A DNA stretch of 64,000 nt from Arenicellales bacterium (GTDB lineage: Bacteria; Pseudomonadota; Gammaproteobacteria; Arenicellales; JAJDZL01): contig CBDEUN010000003.1 of the NCBI GenBank assembly GCA_965243305.1, forward strand, positions 1,221,845 through 1,285,844. Direction: 5' to 3'. Of this stretch, positions 46,228-55,529 are shown one piece after another; within the stretch, counting starts at the first letter, position 1; the number at the start of each line of letters is the position of its first letter. The notes beneath the pieces were generated by a model that was not told the origin of the DNA, ran no database searches, and saw nothing but the letters and a program-made list of their open reading frames with translations. The translations under genes and the position numbers were made by a program.

Positions 46228-47781
46228 ATGAACAGCACTCAGAGACCCAATATCCTGTTGATCATGGCAGATCAGATGTCAGCAGCGGCCTTGTCCCTGG
46301 ATTCAGGTCGATACGCGCAAGCTCCAAACCTGCAGCGAATGGCAGACAGTGGCGTAGTCTTTGAAAAGGCCTACTGCAATTTTCCGATATGCGCCCCCTC
46401 CCGCGCATCCATGCTTACCGGAATGTTGCCAAGCAAGTTTGAACAGTATGACAACTCAAGTGAGTTTCCTGCCGGCATTCCAACTGTGTCCCATTACTTG
46501 CGCCAGCTTGGATACCGCGCCATTCTTAGCGGGAAAATGCATTTTATTGGCCCCGATCAATTGCACGGTTTCGAAACCCGTCTGACAACAGAGATTTACC
46601 CAGCCAACTTTGCCTGGACTGTTGACTGGTCGAAGGGGTATCGCTACCGGCCAACCAATTTAACCATGGCCCCGGTTATGCAGGCGGGAAAATGCATCCG
46701 CTCGTTGCAAATCGATTATGACGATGAAGTTGAATTTGAAAGCTTACAAGGTCTATATGATCTGGCGCGCGATTCAAGTGGTAGTCCATTCTTTCTCACA
46801 GTGTCATTTACCCATCCGCATTCTCCCTATGTTACAACAGACGAATACTGGAACCGGTATCGCCACGAAAAGATTGAGATGCCGCAGGTCGATGAAATTC
46901 CACTGCATGAAAAAGACAAATTGAGTTGGAATCTTCATTTCTGTCAAGGTCGCGATGAATACCAGGTCGACGAAAAACAGATTCGCAACGCCCGTCACGC
47001 TTACTTTGGCATGATCAGCTACATCGACGATAAAGTCGGCAGACTGCTTAAAGTGCTGAAAGATACCGCTTTGGTCGACAATACGATTGTTATCTTCACG
47101 TCCGACCATGGCGACATGATGGGAGAGCGAGGGATGTGGTACAAACAGCACTTTTTTGATTGGGCGAGTCGGGTACCGCTAATAGTAAATTGCCCCGGAA
47201 AGTTTCAGCCAGCACGAATCGACAGTGAAGTCTCCTTGGTTGATTTGCTGCCGACCCTGCTTGACATGGCTGCTGAAGGAGATGGCTGCGCAAAGTTGGT
47301 TGAAGCAGATGGGAACAGCCTCTACCCCATCATCACAAATCAGCAACATGACTGGAATCATCCCGTTATCTCGGAATTCTCTGCTGATGGGTCCACTGGC
47401 CCAAGTCGAATGGCGCTCAAACAGGGGTTGAAATACATGAACCTTGAAGGCGATGAAGAATTGCTGTATGACCTGCACACTGACCCCCTTGAGTTGCAGA
47501 ATCGTATCGATGATCCGCGCTATCAGGATCAGATATCGGAATTGCGCGAAGTCGCTCACACCTCATGGGACCCAGGTGAGTTGCGCTCGCAAATTGAGCA
47601 GAACCAGGCGCAACGACTGTATATTCACCGCGTTACTGATGGCAATCCAAGTTACGTGTACGCCATAAGTGATGATGACCAGCACAAATATGTCAGGAAT
47701 GCAGGGGCTGCTGATACCAAGGCACTGGCAAGATTTCCATACGTTGAACCGGTTTTACCACCGTCATTAGCCGATCACTGA
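46228..47781 (+). CDS. BetC-type sulfatase (choline-sulfatase-like), intact paralogue
   Basis: PNILLIMADQM, FPICAPSRASMLTG (C-x-P-x-R formylglycine motif), FTSDHGDMMGERGMWYK. 517 aa. The ATG overlaps the previous stop (ATGA). Confidence 0.85.
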   Translation: MNSTQRPNILLIMADQMSAAALSLDSGRYAQAPNLQRMADSGVVFEKAYCNFPICAPSRASMLTGMLPSKFEQYDNSSEFPAGIPTVSHYLRQLGYRAILSGKMHFIGPDQLHGFETRLTTEIYPANFAWTVDWSKGYRYRPTNLTMAPVMQAGKCIRSLQIDYDDEVEFESLQGLYDLARDSSGSPFFLTVSFTHPHSPYVTTDEYWNRYRHEKIEMPQVDEIPLHEKDKLSWNLHFCQGRDEYQVDEKQIRNARHAYFGMISYIDDKVGRLLKVLKDTALVDNTIVIFTSDHGDMMGERGMWYKQHFFDWASRVPLIVNCPGKFQPARIDSEVSLVDLLPTLLDMAAEGDGCAKLVEADGNSLYPIITNQQHDWNHPVISEFSADGSTGPSRMALKQGLKYMNLEGDEELLYDLHTDPLELQNRIDDPRYQDQISELREVAHTSWDPGELRSQIEQNQAQRLYIHRVTDGNPSYVYAISDDDQHKYVRNAGAADTKALARFPYVEPVLPPSLADH

Positions 47782-47786
47782 CTGCC

Positions 47787-48005
47787 ATGCTCAGAAGCAG
47801 CCGCCTATATCTGATTATTTCGATTGTCTGTATCGCTGTCTTTGCGGTCAATATCGTTATTGGCAAAATTGAAATTGCTTATCGGATTAACACCCATGTT
47901 CACATGGAAGGTGTACCCGAGTTTGTGGTGCTCCTTTTATCCGTCATTTTTTTCATTATCAGTACGCTGATCAAGGAGCGTTCAGAGAATGACAAATCAC
48001 TTTAA
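47787..48005 (+). CDS. Possible small two-TM membrane protein
   Basis: 72-aa ORF with two hydrophobic helices (LYLIISIVCIAVFAVNIVIG; FVVLLLSVIFFIISTL). It sits between the sulfatase and the TRAP genes. No strong RBS was seen. Confidence 0.3.
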   Translation: MLRSSRLYLIISIVCIAVFAVNIVIGKIEIAYRINTHVHMEGVPEFVVLLLSVIFFIISTLIKERSENDKSL

Positions 48006-48040
48006 TTCCTTGATACCTTAATCCCTTAGGAGGTTTGACT

Positions 48041-49192
48041 ATGAAGAACCACACAACAACTGATGCTCCGGTGAACGAGGAACGGCGCAGATTTTTCGAA
48101 GCCAGTGCGAAGTACGGCTTCACTGCAGCGCTGATGGCTGGCGCTGGAGGTGCGTTGATGTCCGCGGAAGCGACAGCACAAACTGCAAATGAGGAAGCTG
48201 AACGCAAAGATGCTGCTGAGTACACCATGACCTTTGCTACAGCCTACATCATTGGCGTATCCAGAGCCTATCCGATCATGCAACTGGATTTCAAAGAAAA
48301 CATCCAGAACATGACCAATGGCAAGATCTACGTTAATCTTGCACCTGGGAAAAAACTCGGAGCCGGTGGGGCACTAGCAAAAAAGGTACAAAGCGGAGTG
48401 ATTCAAGTCGCTCAGCACTCTGTTTCCAATTTCGCTCCGTTCGCACCTGAAGCAGATTTGATCAATATGCCGTATATGTGTGCACGGAACCAGGAAGTGG
48501 TCAATCTTGTTACTTCGGATGTATGGAAATCTGTGGTAGATCCCAAGATCAATGCGTCTGGATTCAAGGCCTTATGGTATACGTCAACTTCAGCAAGAAC
48601 TTTTTCGGTTAGACATGGTATGGACCCGATCTTGGAACCGGAAGACCTTGCCGGGGTGAAGTTTCGAGTACCGGGGTCGAAAATGCTGCAGCAATTCTAT
48701 CGATTGTTGGGAGCCAACCCAACTCCTGTCGCTTGGGGTGAAACACCGTCAGCAATCAAGCAGGGTGTTGCCGATGCCCTTGATCCTGTTCTTTCGGGTC
48801 TGTACATCTTTGGTTTCGGAGACATCCTCTCGCATGTATCGCTTGCACAATCGGTACACGGTTTGCAGGTATACAGCTGCAACCTGGAGTGGTTTCAGAG
48901 TCTGCCCGCAGACGTTCAGGAAGGCGTTGAATTCGCAAGCGAGGTAACTTTTCGTCAGAATCTAGCCAAAGTACCAGCTGCGTTCGCGTACGCTTCCTCG
49001 GAAATGCGCAAAGCAGGTGTTCAGATTCACGAGCTCAGCGAGGATCAGATCGCAGCTTTCCGTGAACTGGCCGGTCACCAACGTCCGGAGTGGGATGAAT
49101 GGAAGGTCAAACTAGCCGGCTCAATGGAGAATTTTGAGAAAATGCTGGAAGCCTCTCAAACTCAGGGTGATTTTTTCGTCCACAACGTTTAA
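48041..49192 (+). CDS. TRAP transporter substrate-binding protein (DctP family), Tat-like signal
   Basis: AGGAGG lies 8 nt before ATG 48041. The signal ERRRFFEASAKYGFTAALMAGAGG is Tat-like, and the body is DctP-like. The ORF opens at TTG 48035. Confidence 0.85.
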   Translation: MKNHTTTDAPVNEERRRFFEASAKYGFTAALMAGAGGALMSAEATAQTANEEAERKDAAEYTMTFATAYIIGVSRAYPIMQLDFKENIQNMTNGKIYVNLAPGKKLGAGGALAKKVQSGVIQVAQHSVSNFAPFAPEADLINMPYMCARNQEVVNLVTSDVWKSVVDPKINASGFKALWYTSTSARTFSVRHGMDPILEPEDLAGVKFRVPGSKMLQQFYRLLGANPTPVAWGETPSAIKQGVADALDPVLSGLYIFGFGDILSHVSLAQSVHGLQVYSCNLEWFQSLPADVQEGVEFASEVTFRQNLAKVPAAFAYASSEMRKAGVQIHELSEDQIAAFRELAGHQRPEWDEWKVKLAGSMENFEKMLEASQTQGDFFVHNV

Positions 49193-49207
49193 AGTCTTTG
49201 ACAAGTG

Positions 49208-49237
49208 CGCTGATCCGGTCTTAAATCCGGATCAGCG
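49208..49237 (+). other. Intercistronic stem-loop between dctP and dctQ (11-bp perfect stem, 8-nt loop)
   Basis: CGCTGATCCGG-tcttaaat-CCGGATCAGCG lies 16 nt after the dctP stop. There is no downstream T-run, so it is more likely an mRNA stabiliser or partial attenuator than a full terminator. Confidence 0.4.
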
Positions 49238-49267
49238 GCTGACTTGTGTTGACAATGAGCATTAGGT

Positions 49268-49792
49268 TTGAAGTCGATGAAAGCGTTGATCGAGGGTTTT
49301 GACAAAAATGGAGAACGATGGCTTCTCCTGGTGTTTTACGCCTTTGTCGTCACGGTAATTTTTGTCGAAGTCATCCGTCGCTTCGTATTTCAATATTCTT
49401 CAATCTGGGGAGAAGAAACCGCGCGCTATGCGTTCATTTATCTCGTCTGGATTGGCGCAGCCGCCGCGGTTAAAGACCGAGCGCACATCAGGATTGACAT
49501 CATCTTCAAATTCTTGCCTGACAAAGCCATCGCGATCCTGTACGTGCTTGGAGATGTAATCACGCTGATCTTTGCTTGTGCGGCATTGTACTGGTCGCTT
49601 GAGTCTGTAGGAACCTCAATTCGTTTCGATGCTGCGACCCACGGTCTGCGTATCAATCAAGCCTGGTTCACGTTCGCGGTTCCGTTTGGGTTTTCACTCA
49701 TCCTAATACGGCTGGTGCAGTCCATTCGTCGCGACATTTCGGATATTCGCGCGGGTCGACCTCCTTTTACAGGACGGAAGTTGTTCGGGTAG
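49268..49792 (+). CDS. TRAP transporter small permease (DctQ family)
   Basis: 174 aa with four hydrophobic helices. It lies between the DctP and DctM genes. The start is TTG 49268 or ATG 49277. Confidence 0.8.
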   Translation: MKSMKALIEGFDKNGERWLLLVFYAFVVTVIFVEVIRRFVFQYSSIWGEETARYAFIYLVWIGAAAAVKDRAHIRIDIIFKFLPDKAIAILYVLGDVITLIFACAALYWSLESVGTSIRFDAATHGLRINQAWFTFAVPFGFSLILIRLVQSIRRDISDIRAGRPPFTGRKLFG

Positions 49793-49799
49793 CTTGAGA

Positions 49800-51116
49800 A
49801 TGTACAACCTGTACCAACAACCAGCGGTGGCCTTTGAGTTTGGTTGGGATGTAGGCGGTCCCTTGCTGCTCATCGTCGTCTTGCTCATATTCGGAATTCC
49901 TATGTGGGTTTCCATGGGAATCGGGGTAATTGCAATGCTGTTTTTCACCGAAGTCTTGCCCCTGCATTTGCTGGGTGAAAGTTTGTTCGAAGGTATGGAT
50001 GCATTTGCGCTGATCGCGGTTCCGCTTTTCATTCTCACCGGTGATGTGCTGGTTCGTACTGGTTTATCTAACAAACTGCTGGATATCGCTGAAGCGACAG
50101 CAGGTGGGTTTCGGTCTGGATTTGGCTCTTCAACAGTACTCGGCTGTGGATTTTTCTCCTGCATTTCAGGTTCGGATGCTGCCGGTTGCGCCGCGCTAGG
50201 CCGCATGACGATCAACCGGCTCACCAAGTCCGGTTACCCGCGTTCCTATGCAGCGGCTCTCGTGGCTTCAGGTTCCTGTACCGGGATTCTTATCCCACCA
50301 TCGATTGCCTACATTGTCATCGGCTTGATTCTCGGCATCTCGGCCTCAACGCTGTTTGTTGCCGCGGTTGTTCCCGGGGTCATCATACTGATTTCGATCA
50401 TGGTGACCAATGTCCTGGTCAACCGGATTCGAGGCTATGAGAATTCAACCAGTCAATTTTCGATCAGACACTGGCTGAAAACCGTGTGGGACGGTCGATA
50501 TGCGCTGCTAGTGCCCTTCATTATTCTCGGCGGAATTTATTCTGGGATATTCACCCCCACTGAAGCTGCTGCAGTCGCAGTTATCTCTATCATCACGATC
50601 GGTTTGTTTCAGGGAACACTGACTTTGAAAGATTTCCCGGAAATGCTTGTCAGTTCGGCAAAGGTCAACGGTGTAATTCTTCCAACCGTCGCCTTGTCGC
50701 TACCGCTGGCGGAGGCATTGGGTGCCTTGTCAGTTCCGCAGTATTTCATTGAGCAAGTGCTTTCGATTACGGAGAATTACAACTACATTCTGTTGCTTAT
50801 CATCGGTATTCTGATTATCGCTGGCTGCGTGATGGAGGCGGTACCGAATATTGTTCTAATTGCGCCCGTCCTTTATCCGCTGTCGCAGCAAATTGGCATG
50901 AACGAAGTACATTTCTGTATTCTGATGGTAACTTCGTTGGGTATCGGATTCATTACGCCACCGATTGGACTGAATCTGTTTGTCATATCGGGGGTCACTG
51001 GAGAATCCATACTCAATGTCGCGAAATACGTGTTTCCATACGTATTTGCGATGCTGTGTGTCGCGATTCTGATTGCTTTTGTCCCGGAGCTTTCTCTCGT
51101 ACTTCTTGGACGCTAG
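49800..51116 (+). CDS. TRAP transporter large permease (DctM family)
   Basis: A polytopic protein of about 438 aa. ATG 49800 lies 8 nt after the dctQ stop. The ORF opens at TTG 49794. Confidence 0.9.
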   Translation: MYNLYQQPAVAFEFGWDVGGPLLLIVVLLIFGIPMWVSMGIGVIAMLFFTEVLPLHLLGESLFEGMDAFALIAVPLFILTGDVLVRTGLSNKLLDIAEATAGGFRSGFGSSTVLGCGFFSCISGSDAAGCAALGRMTINRLTKSGYPRSYAAALVASGSCTGILIPPSIAYIVIGLILGISASTLFVAAVVPGVIILISIMVTNVLVNRIRGYENSTSQFSIRHWLKTVWDGRYALLVPFIILGGIYSGIFTPTEAAAVAVISIITIGLFQGTLTLKDFPEMLVSSAKVNGVILPTVALSLPLAEALGALSVPQYFIEQVLSITENYNYILLLIIGILIIAGCVMEAVPNIVLIAPVLYPLSQQIGMNEVHFCILMVTSLGIGFITPPIGLNLFVISGVTGESILNVAKYVFPYVFAMLCVAILIAFVPELSLVLLGR

Positions 51117-51128
51117 TCGCGAGTCCGC

Positions 51129-53285
51129 GTGTACAGCTTCACCACCTGGTCCAACAGGCAGGTTAATCCAGATCTGGGAAGTTGTTTATTCAGCTTTGTG
51201 CTGATTGCAGACACTCACGTTGACCGCGAAAACCTACCGTCGTCTTCGCCGTTTCCGACCAACTCGTTGTGCAATGGCAGAACGCGTTACTGCATCGCAG
51301 ATATTGGGGAGTTGAGTCGTGAAATGGGATCGCTTGCACCAAAATTCACTGTACATCTGGGTGATCTGACACACCCAGTTCCCTCCATGGCTGCTTATTC
51401 AACAGCTGTCGAAGACTTTCGCAAAATAATAACTGAATTGAAAATGCCGCTGTACCTGGTTCCCGGCAATCACGATGTTGGCGATAAACCGGTTGACTGG
51501 GCGCCCGCAGGTGTGGTACGCGAGCGGTTTCTGGCCGCCTGGAGCCGTAATTTTGGAAGCCATTACCAATCCTTCAGCCATGGCGGTGTGAAATTTATTC
51601 TGCTCAATGCCCAGATCATCAATTCCGGGTTGGAGTTGGAACACCAGCAGCGAACATGGCTTGAATCCACCCTCAAGACGGCTGATGGAGAACGCATCAT
51701 GCTGTTGCTGCATTATCCACCCTATATATACACAGAAGATGAAGCTGAGAATTACGACAATCTTGCGATCACTGGGCGGACGTGGCTTTTGGATTTAAGT
51801 GAAAAGTACAACGTTGAAGCCCTCTTTGCGGGTCATGTTCATCACTTTTGGTACAACCGCTACAAGTCTATGGACTGCTATCTACTGCCATCAACTTCGT
51901 TTACCCGGCAGGATTACAGTGAGATGTTTCGTGTAGCGCCAGCTGAGCAAATGGCAGACGGTCGAAATGATTCAGCTAAAGTGGGATATTTCGTGGTACT
52001 CGTCTATGAAAACGGTCATGTATGTCACTTTCGAAGCACCAAAGGCAGTGCGCTGCAGTCCGCAGAGGAAATCAGCGATTCGAGAAAATCATCGCAAGTC
52101 ATTCCCCTGCACCCGCGGGAAGCCAAAACGAACCGTGTTGGTTTTGATATGCGTCACCCCTGGGCTGAAGTTGTTGAGATAGCGCCATCGGGTGCGCTTG
52201 ATGAATTCAGTCGAAAGCGGGTCCGCAATGATTACCCTCTGTTTGCGCTGTGGCAAATGGGGACTGGACTGATGCGCATTCCGACAAGCGACCTGGAGGA
52301 CAGCCAAACGGTGGTCCGAATGCAGGCGTTGCAAGAATTGGGACATGCGTTCGTTATCACCTCTGATGGCGTACCGGATGAAAGTACGCTTGCATGCATG
52401 ATTCGATGCAAGGATCTCATCAACCGATGGGAAATTGCAATACCCATTGCGAAGATTGATGAACTGAAGGACACTTTGCGATCATTCAAATCAGAGACTC
52501 GTTTACCGATCTATTTATCTAAACTGCGCATGAAATCCGACCGTGCTAAAGACGGTGAGCCGTACTATCACCATATCAGTCATGGCTTTTCCGTTGCAGA
52601 TGAAGATGAAATCAATTCCCTGATGAAATGTAACGACCCGCGCAAGTTATTCGAAGGTGTGGTGTTTCGCATTGCACGTCCCGACAGCGTGAGCAAATCA
52701 TTGACTGAAGTCGCGGCTATTTGCGAACGATTAGGCGTGGGTGCTTCAGTGACCATGTTTATGGCGGACCCCAATCCAGCGAAACATCGGTGTGATGATC
52801 ACGACACTGCGAATCGCATTGCCGAAAGTGTGTTTTCTGCTGCGTCTTTGGGTAAAGTGGAACTGTTTGTTGACACGTTCATCGATCTCGACCGAGGGCA
52901 CAGTGTTCGCAATGGTGTCATTGACCGTTTGTGTAATCCGCGTCCCGCAATGTTTGTCGTGCAAAACCTGAACGCAATATTGAACTCAGAATGGGACGTC
53001 TCAGGTTCATTGTCGTATGGAACTTTCGACAATGGACGGTGGGTTTGCGCGAATCAGCCCGAGCGCAGTCTTGTGCTGATTGCGGCAAATGCTCCTAACC
53101 GTAGATTTGAGCTATCAATCAAAGACTGTCAACAGAAGATCGGTGGCGTCGGGCAAGTGCTAAATCTCGTCTCTGGAAAGATTGAGCCTATATCAATCAT
53201 CACTTCGGATACAGGTATTGTGCTTGAATCCAAAGAATCCACCTCGGGTCCGTTATTGATCCTCTCTCAGCGAGCTTGGAACTGA
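51129..53285 (+). CDS. Metallophosphoesterase (calcineurin-like) with ~400-aa uncharacterised C-terminal extension
   Basis: MPE motifs IADTHVD, LGDLTH, GNHD, LLHYPP, GHVHH occupy the first ~270 aa. I could not recognise the remainder. GTG start. Confidence 0.75.
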   Translation: MYSFTTWSNRQVNPDLGSCLFSFVLIADTHVDRENLPSSSPFPTNSLCNGRTRYCIADIGELSREMGSLAPKFTVHLGDLTHPVPSMAAYSTAVEDFRKIITELKMPLYLVPGNHDVGDKPVDWAPAGVVRERFLAAWSRNFGSHYQSFSHGGVKFILLNAQIINSGLELEHQQRTWLESTLKTADGERIMLLLHYPPYIYTEDEAENYDNLAITGRTWLLDLSEKYNVEALFAGHVHHFWYNRYKSMDCYLLPSTSFTRQDYSEMFRVAPAEQMADGRNDSAKVGYFVVLVYENGHVCHFRSTKGSALQSAEEISDSRKSSQVIPLHPREAKTNRVGFDMRHPWAEVVEIAPSGALDEFSRKRVRNDYPLFALWQMGTGLMRIPTSDLEDSQTVVRMQALQELGHAFVITSDGVPDESTLACMIRCKDLINRWEIAIPIAKIDELKDTLRSFKSETRLPIYLSKLRMKSDRAKDGEPYYHHISHGFSVADEDEINSLMKCNDPRKLFEGVVFRIARPDSVSKSLTEVAAICERLGVGASVTMFMADPNPAKHRCDDHDTANRIAESVFSAASLGKVELFVDTFIDLDRGHSVRNGVIDRLCNPRPAMFVVQNLNAILNSEWDVSGSLSYGTFDNGRWVCANQPERSLVLIAANAPNRRFELSIKDCQQKIGGVGQVLNLVSGKIEPISIITSDTGIVLESKESTSGPLLILSQRAWN

Positions 53286-53340
53286 CGCAGTGTCAAACTT
53301 TGCTAGCTGAATTCTGCTGAGTTTAATCTCTGCAAATTAC

Positions 53341-54405
53341 CTATCTGTTGCGTTCTGCCATCCACTTATCTTGAATCAACTCCACGAGTTCCTTGAGTAC
53401 TTCCTTATGGTTTTCCCAATCATCCTTGTCCAAAACAACAAACCGCTCATTCCTAATATCTCCAACCCCTGGAGCATTTACAGCTCCCCTTTGATTGAAC
53501 AGGGTTTTTTGTTTTTCAAAATGATCTGAGCACAGGTGTATTGCAATCGGATAAAAGGTGACACAAATTCTGCGGTCTTCTTCGAGTCGAATTGAATGTG
53601 AACCTTGATAACCAAGATTATCCGGATTGGAATTGTCGATTTCGATTCTTGGATAGTTGTATGTGATCCCAGTTGTTCGTGTGTCAGCCCTAGCATCAGT
53701 AGAATTCAGACTTTCTCTTACTTCATTCCATAAAATTTCGAATTCTTCACCGTACTCTTGAATCTTCCTCTGCAGCCTTCTAGACATTTCCATTTGGTTT
53801 ATGCGTCCAGTCGACGTATCTTGGCGTTTAATTTCCACTTCAACCTGCCTAGCAAGAAGTACGCTTTCACCGTCTTGGAATCCGTGAAATGTCAAAAGCG
53901 AAATATCCATTTCGTTTTCTGCCAAATATTCAACCATACGCTTTGCTCGTTCGTCAACACCGAGTCCAACAAGCAACATTTTTGTTGGTCTCAATACACT
54001 GTAGTCCAGCTCTTGATTACGTAAGTTTTTGTACCAAGATTCGAAATCATCTACTTCGTCGATGGCAGACCCACTCGAGAGAAATTCAAGCAACTGATCT
54101 TCATTCCGAGAATCAATCCATGAACAGTAGTCCAATATCTGAGCCACCGCTTGCCGTGTGAGGACTCCTCGCTTCAACTCGAATACTACCAGTTTGTCTT
54201 GTCGGTTTAGTCCAAGTAAATCAAGATCGTATATACCATCAATTGTCATTTGGCGACCAATGAGTGTTAAACCTGGCACTAGCATTTCTGGGTTTTGTTC
54301 CAATAGATTCTCCAGTGATTCTTCGGAATCCATTTGGCTTGCTGGTTGAAGCTTTTCCACTGAATTTCCCATGGTTTCACATCTCCAAATTTTTATTTCA
54401 TCCAT
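53341..54405 (-). CDS. NucS/DUF91-type PD-(D/E)xK nuclease-domain protein with unknown C-terminal region
   Basis: ESLENLLEQNPEMLVPGLTLIGRQMTIDGIYDLDLLGLNRQDKLVVFELKRGVLTRQAVAQILDYCSW shows the D...ExK...QxxxY layout. ATG 54405 is preceded by GAGG. Alternative starts are TTG 54420 and ATG 54372. Confidence 0.6.
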   Translation of the reverse strand: MDEIKIWRCETMGNSVEKLQPASQMDSEESLENLLEQNPEMLVPGLTLIGRQMTIDGIYDLDLLGLNRQDKLVVFELKRGVLTRQAVAQILDYCSWIDSRNEDQLLEFLSSGSAIDEVDDFESWYKNLRNQELDYSVLRPTKMLLVGLGVDERAKRMVEYLAENEMDISLLTFHGFQDGESVLLARQVEVEIKRQDTSTGRINQMEMSRRLQRKIQEYGEEFEILWNEVRESLNSTDARADTRTTGITYNYPRIEIDNSNPDNLGYQGSHSIRLEEDRRICVTFYPIAIHLCSDHFEKQKTLFNQRGAVNAPGVGDIRNERFVVLDKDDWENHKEVLKELVELIQDKWMAERNR

Positions 54406-54674
54406 TGTGTACCTCGGCAAATGTTTATTTGTAGTTGTGGACTATTGAGAGAGTTACACTTGGTTAGCGGCCAACTCTGCATGTGAAGTTTCGTAGAACC
54501 ATTGTATTTTGGCACCTCAAACTGAAAATCGAACTTGCCCGAGTTTGATGCATTAGCCCGCTCAAACTACACAACTTTAATATTCATTTCAGTGAAATTG
54601 AACAGTACCAAAAATTAAACAGCCGATCTGATAGACAAATCAAATACAAGAAACAGTCTTCGATGATGCGGATT

Positions 54675-55442
54675 TTATAGACAGACCCCCGCATAAATGT
54701 CATACATCTCCATCTCGCCGTCAAAATAATTTGCTCGAATATCGTCTAATAACTCTTGATATTTCTCATAACCCCCTTCCTCAATCAATTCTTCGCAATG
54801 GAACGTTTTCGGCTTTAGAGATTTCCATTCTTGCTCTACACCTGAATATATCGGGATCAGCAATTTGTCTTCGATTGGAAAAAATTTTCCTGGATTGATC
54901 AGAAACAGGCATTCCGTCAGTTTTAAGGGGTAGATGAACCACATATTCAGCACTTGATTAAATGTCTCTGGGCAAATCTCAGGATTTTCAGGAGCTGCCT
55001 GTCGAAAAAGGTTCCAAAGCAAATCGTGACTTTCCCGATCAACTTTTCCACCCATCACATCTTGAAAGAGCAAAGCCCTTCGGGGATTGGGCATGAACTT
55101 TCCTGTTGTTGGACAGTCGGCCGACAAGTTGAACGTTTCATGCACGCTTTGGAAGATGTCATGCATTGAATTCGAATTTGTTTTGCTCGCAAGGAAATAA
55201 AAAAATGAAAATGGGTCATTGACTGCATACGCCATAAATTCGGCCAATCGGTCGATATACCGATCACCATATTTGGCCATTCCACCAGTATCTTCTGCCT
55301 CTGACCAATCAACTGCTTGAATGTGTTGGACCAAGAATTCTTGATCATTTTCGTTAATTTTTATTGCCAATTCCCGAAACCACGGTACCCAGCTGTCGTC
55401 CACCAGTTCCTGATTTAAACTTTGACTCTTTACTTCGTTCAT
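54675..55442 (-). CDS. Hypothetical protein resembling the uncharacterised N-terminal module of McrB-like AAA+ restriction GTPases (no ATPase domain present)
   Basis: NDPFSFFYFLASKTNSNSMHDIFQSVHETFNLSADCPTTGKFMPNPRRALLF parallels the IDPFT(F/V)..FNRG...F.l....P..F.GIP...wFF pattern, recalled from memory. The start is ATG 55442. The ORF opens at TTG 55499. Confidence 0.45.
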   Translation of the reverse strand: MNEVKSQSLNQELVDDSWVPWFRELAIKINENDQEFLVQHIQAVDWSEAEDTGGMAKYGDRYIDRLAEFMAYAVNDPFSFFYFLASKTNSNSMHDIFQSVHETFNLSADCPTTGKFMPNPRRALLFQDVMGGKVDRESHDLLWNLFRQAAPENPEICPETFNQVLNMWFIYPLKLTECLFLINPGKFFPIEDKLLIPIYSGVEQEWKSLKPKTFHCEELIEEGGYEKYQELLDDIRANYFDGEMEMYDIYAGVCL

Positions 55443-55529
55443 ATAAATGATTCCAATAGGGTGTGTCTCATATTTCTGAATGTGCGATCCGGTTTCCAAT
55501 CACTATTTTCAATTTAGAATTGAACTCGA

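Larger units (their letters stand above)
42885..46231 (+). pseudogene. BetC-type (choline-sulfatase-like) sulfatase gene disrupted by IS insertion (segments 42885-43325 and 45084-46231)
   Basis: The N-fragment has PNILLLMVDQM and the active-site SPLCAPARFS, and stops at 43331 inside the IS. The C-fragment resumes ...VTCASILEAGPCVRSMQMDYDDEV. Both align colinearly with the intact paralogue at 46228-47781 (…NLTMAPVMQAGKCIRSLQIDYDDEV). Removing the IS and one copy of TTACT restores the frame. Confidence 0.85.

Noticed and set aside
45071-46231. 386-aa ORF listed as an independent gene.
   Set aside because: It is the 3' portion of the IS-disrupted sulfatase. Its first four codons (TTG CGG ATC AGG) and the first base of the fifth lie inside the IS right end, so I annotated it as part of a pseudogene rather than a native CDS.
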